Below, piece after piece: positions 63,650 through 64,000 of a stretch of 64,000 nt of DNA. The notes under the pieces were generated by a model. The model searched no databases, was not told the origin of the DNA, and saw nothing but the letters and a program-made list of their open reading frames with translations. A program made the translations under genes and the position numbers. This DNA is from Ostrea edulis (Eukaryota), in NCBI RefSeq assembly GCF_947568905.1, contig NC_079172.1:9486001-9550000 (forward strand), in the 5' to 3' direction. Numbering within the stretch: the first letter of the stretch is position 1; every line of letters begins with the position of its first letter.

Positions 63650-63965
63650 TAAAAGGCAAGTGGGCCCATCGCTCACTTGAACAACCCATTTTTAATTCCT
63701 GTTTTGATGCAGTACTGGACCCAGGGGCCATGTTGTGAACAAATGCGAATCTATACTATACATAAGGACGTACTTGGATATCAATACCGGTATGTGAAAG
63801 ACTCTCCCTTGGGTTTATTTAGAAGCATCTTTCTATAGAATTATCTCAAATGATCCAAAATATGTTTACCCTTATACTTGTACATATAGTGATCTCGTCC
63901 TGGTGCGTGGCTTGAACAAACTCAATTTACACTACATGGAGATGCTTGCATATTAATTACGTAAT
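63650..63965 (+). mobile_element. Helentron/pearl-type element fragment
   Basis: gggcccatcgctcacttga start and degenerate core units (ggggccatg..tgaacaaa..aat.tacactac). Confidence 0.45.
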
Positions 63966-64000
63966 TGGAAAAGCTAGAACAACATGAAGAATCGTCTACA

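Noticed and set aside
43829-64000. Additional variable exons upstream of V3
   Set aside because: No further ORF with a signal peptide, E(D/E)CL motif and phase-1 donor was found; more could lie beyond the window.

Overview
AT-rich, repeat-dense animal genomic DNA. The repeat families suggest a bivalve mollusc, probably an oyster (inference). The only recognisable host gene is a minus-strand neuroligin (catalytically dead carboxylesterase-fold adhesion protein with one TM helix and a C-terminal PDZ ligand). Five constant coding exons lie at 5857-10829. Upstream, three diverged paralogous first coding exons (15957-16395, 25514-25937, 43384-43816) each encode ATG + signal peptide + the N-terminal esterase segment up to E(D/E)CLxLxxYxP. 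Each ends in a canonical phase-1 donor that joins in frame to the single constant region, and no second set of constant exons is visible. This variable/constant layout resembles clustered protocadherins or UGT1 and is the main candidate new system. The rest is mostly transposon debris: Penelope-like fragments, an L2/CR1 3' end, Helentron-type non-autonomous elements, SINEs with tRNA and non-tRNA heads, TTAA-flanked elements carrying a tRNA-like Pol III unit, MITEs, and two loci with minimal hammerhead-ribozyme cores. Exon boundaries were read by eye; repeat boundaries are approximate unless a TSD is given.
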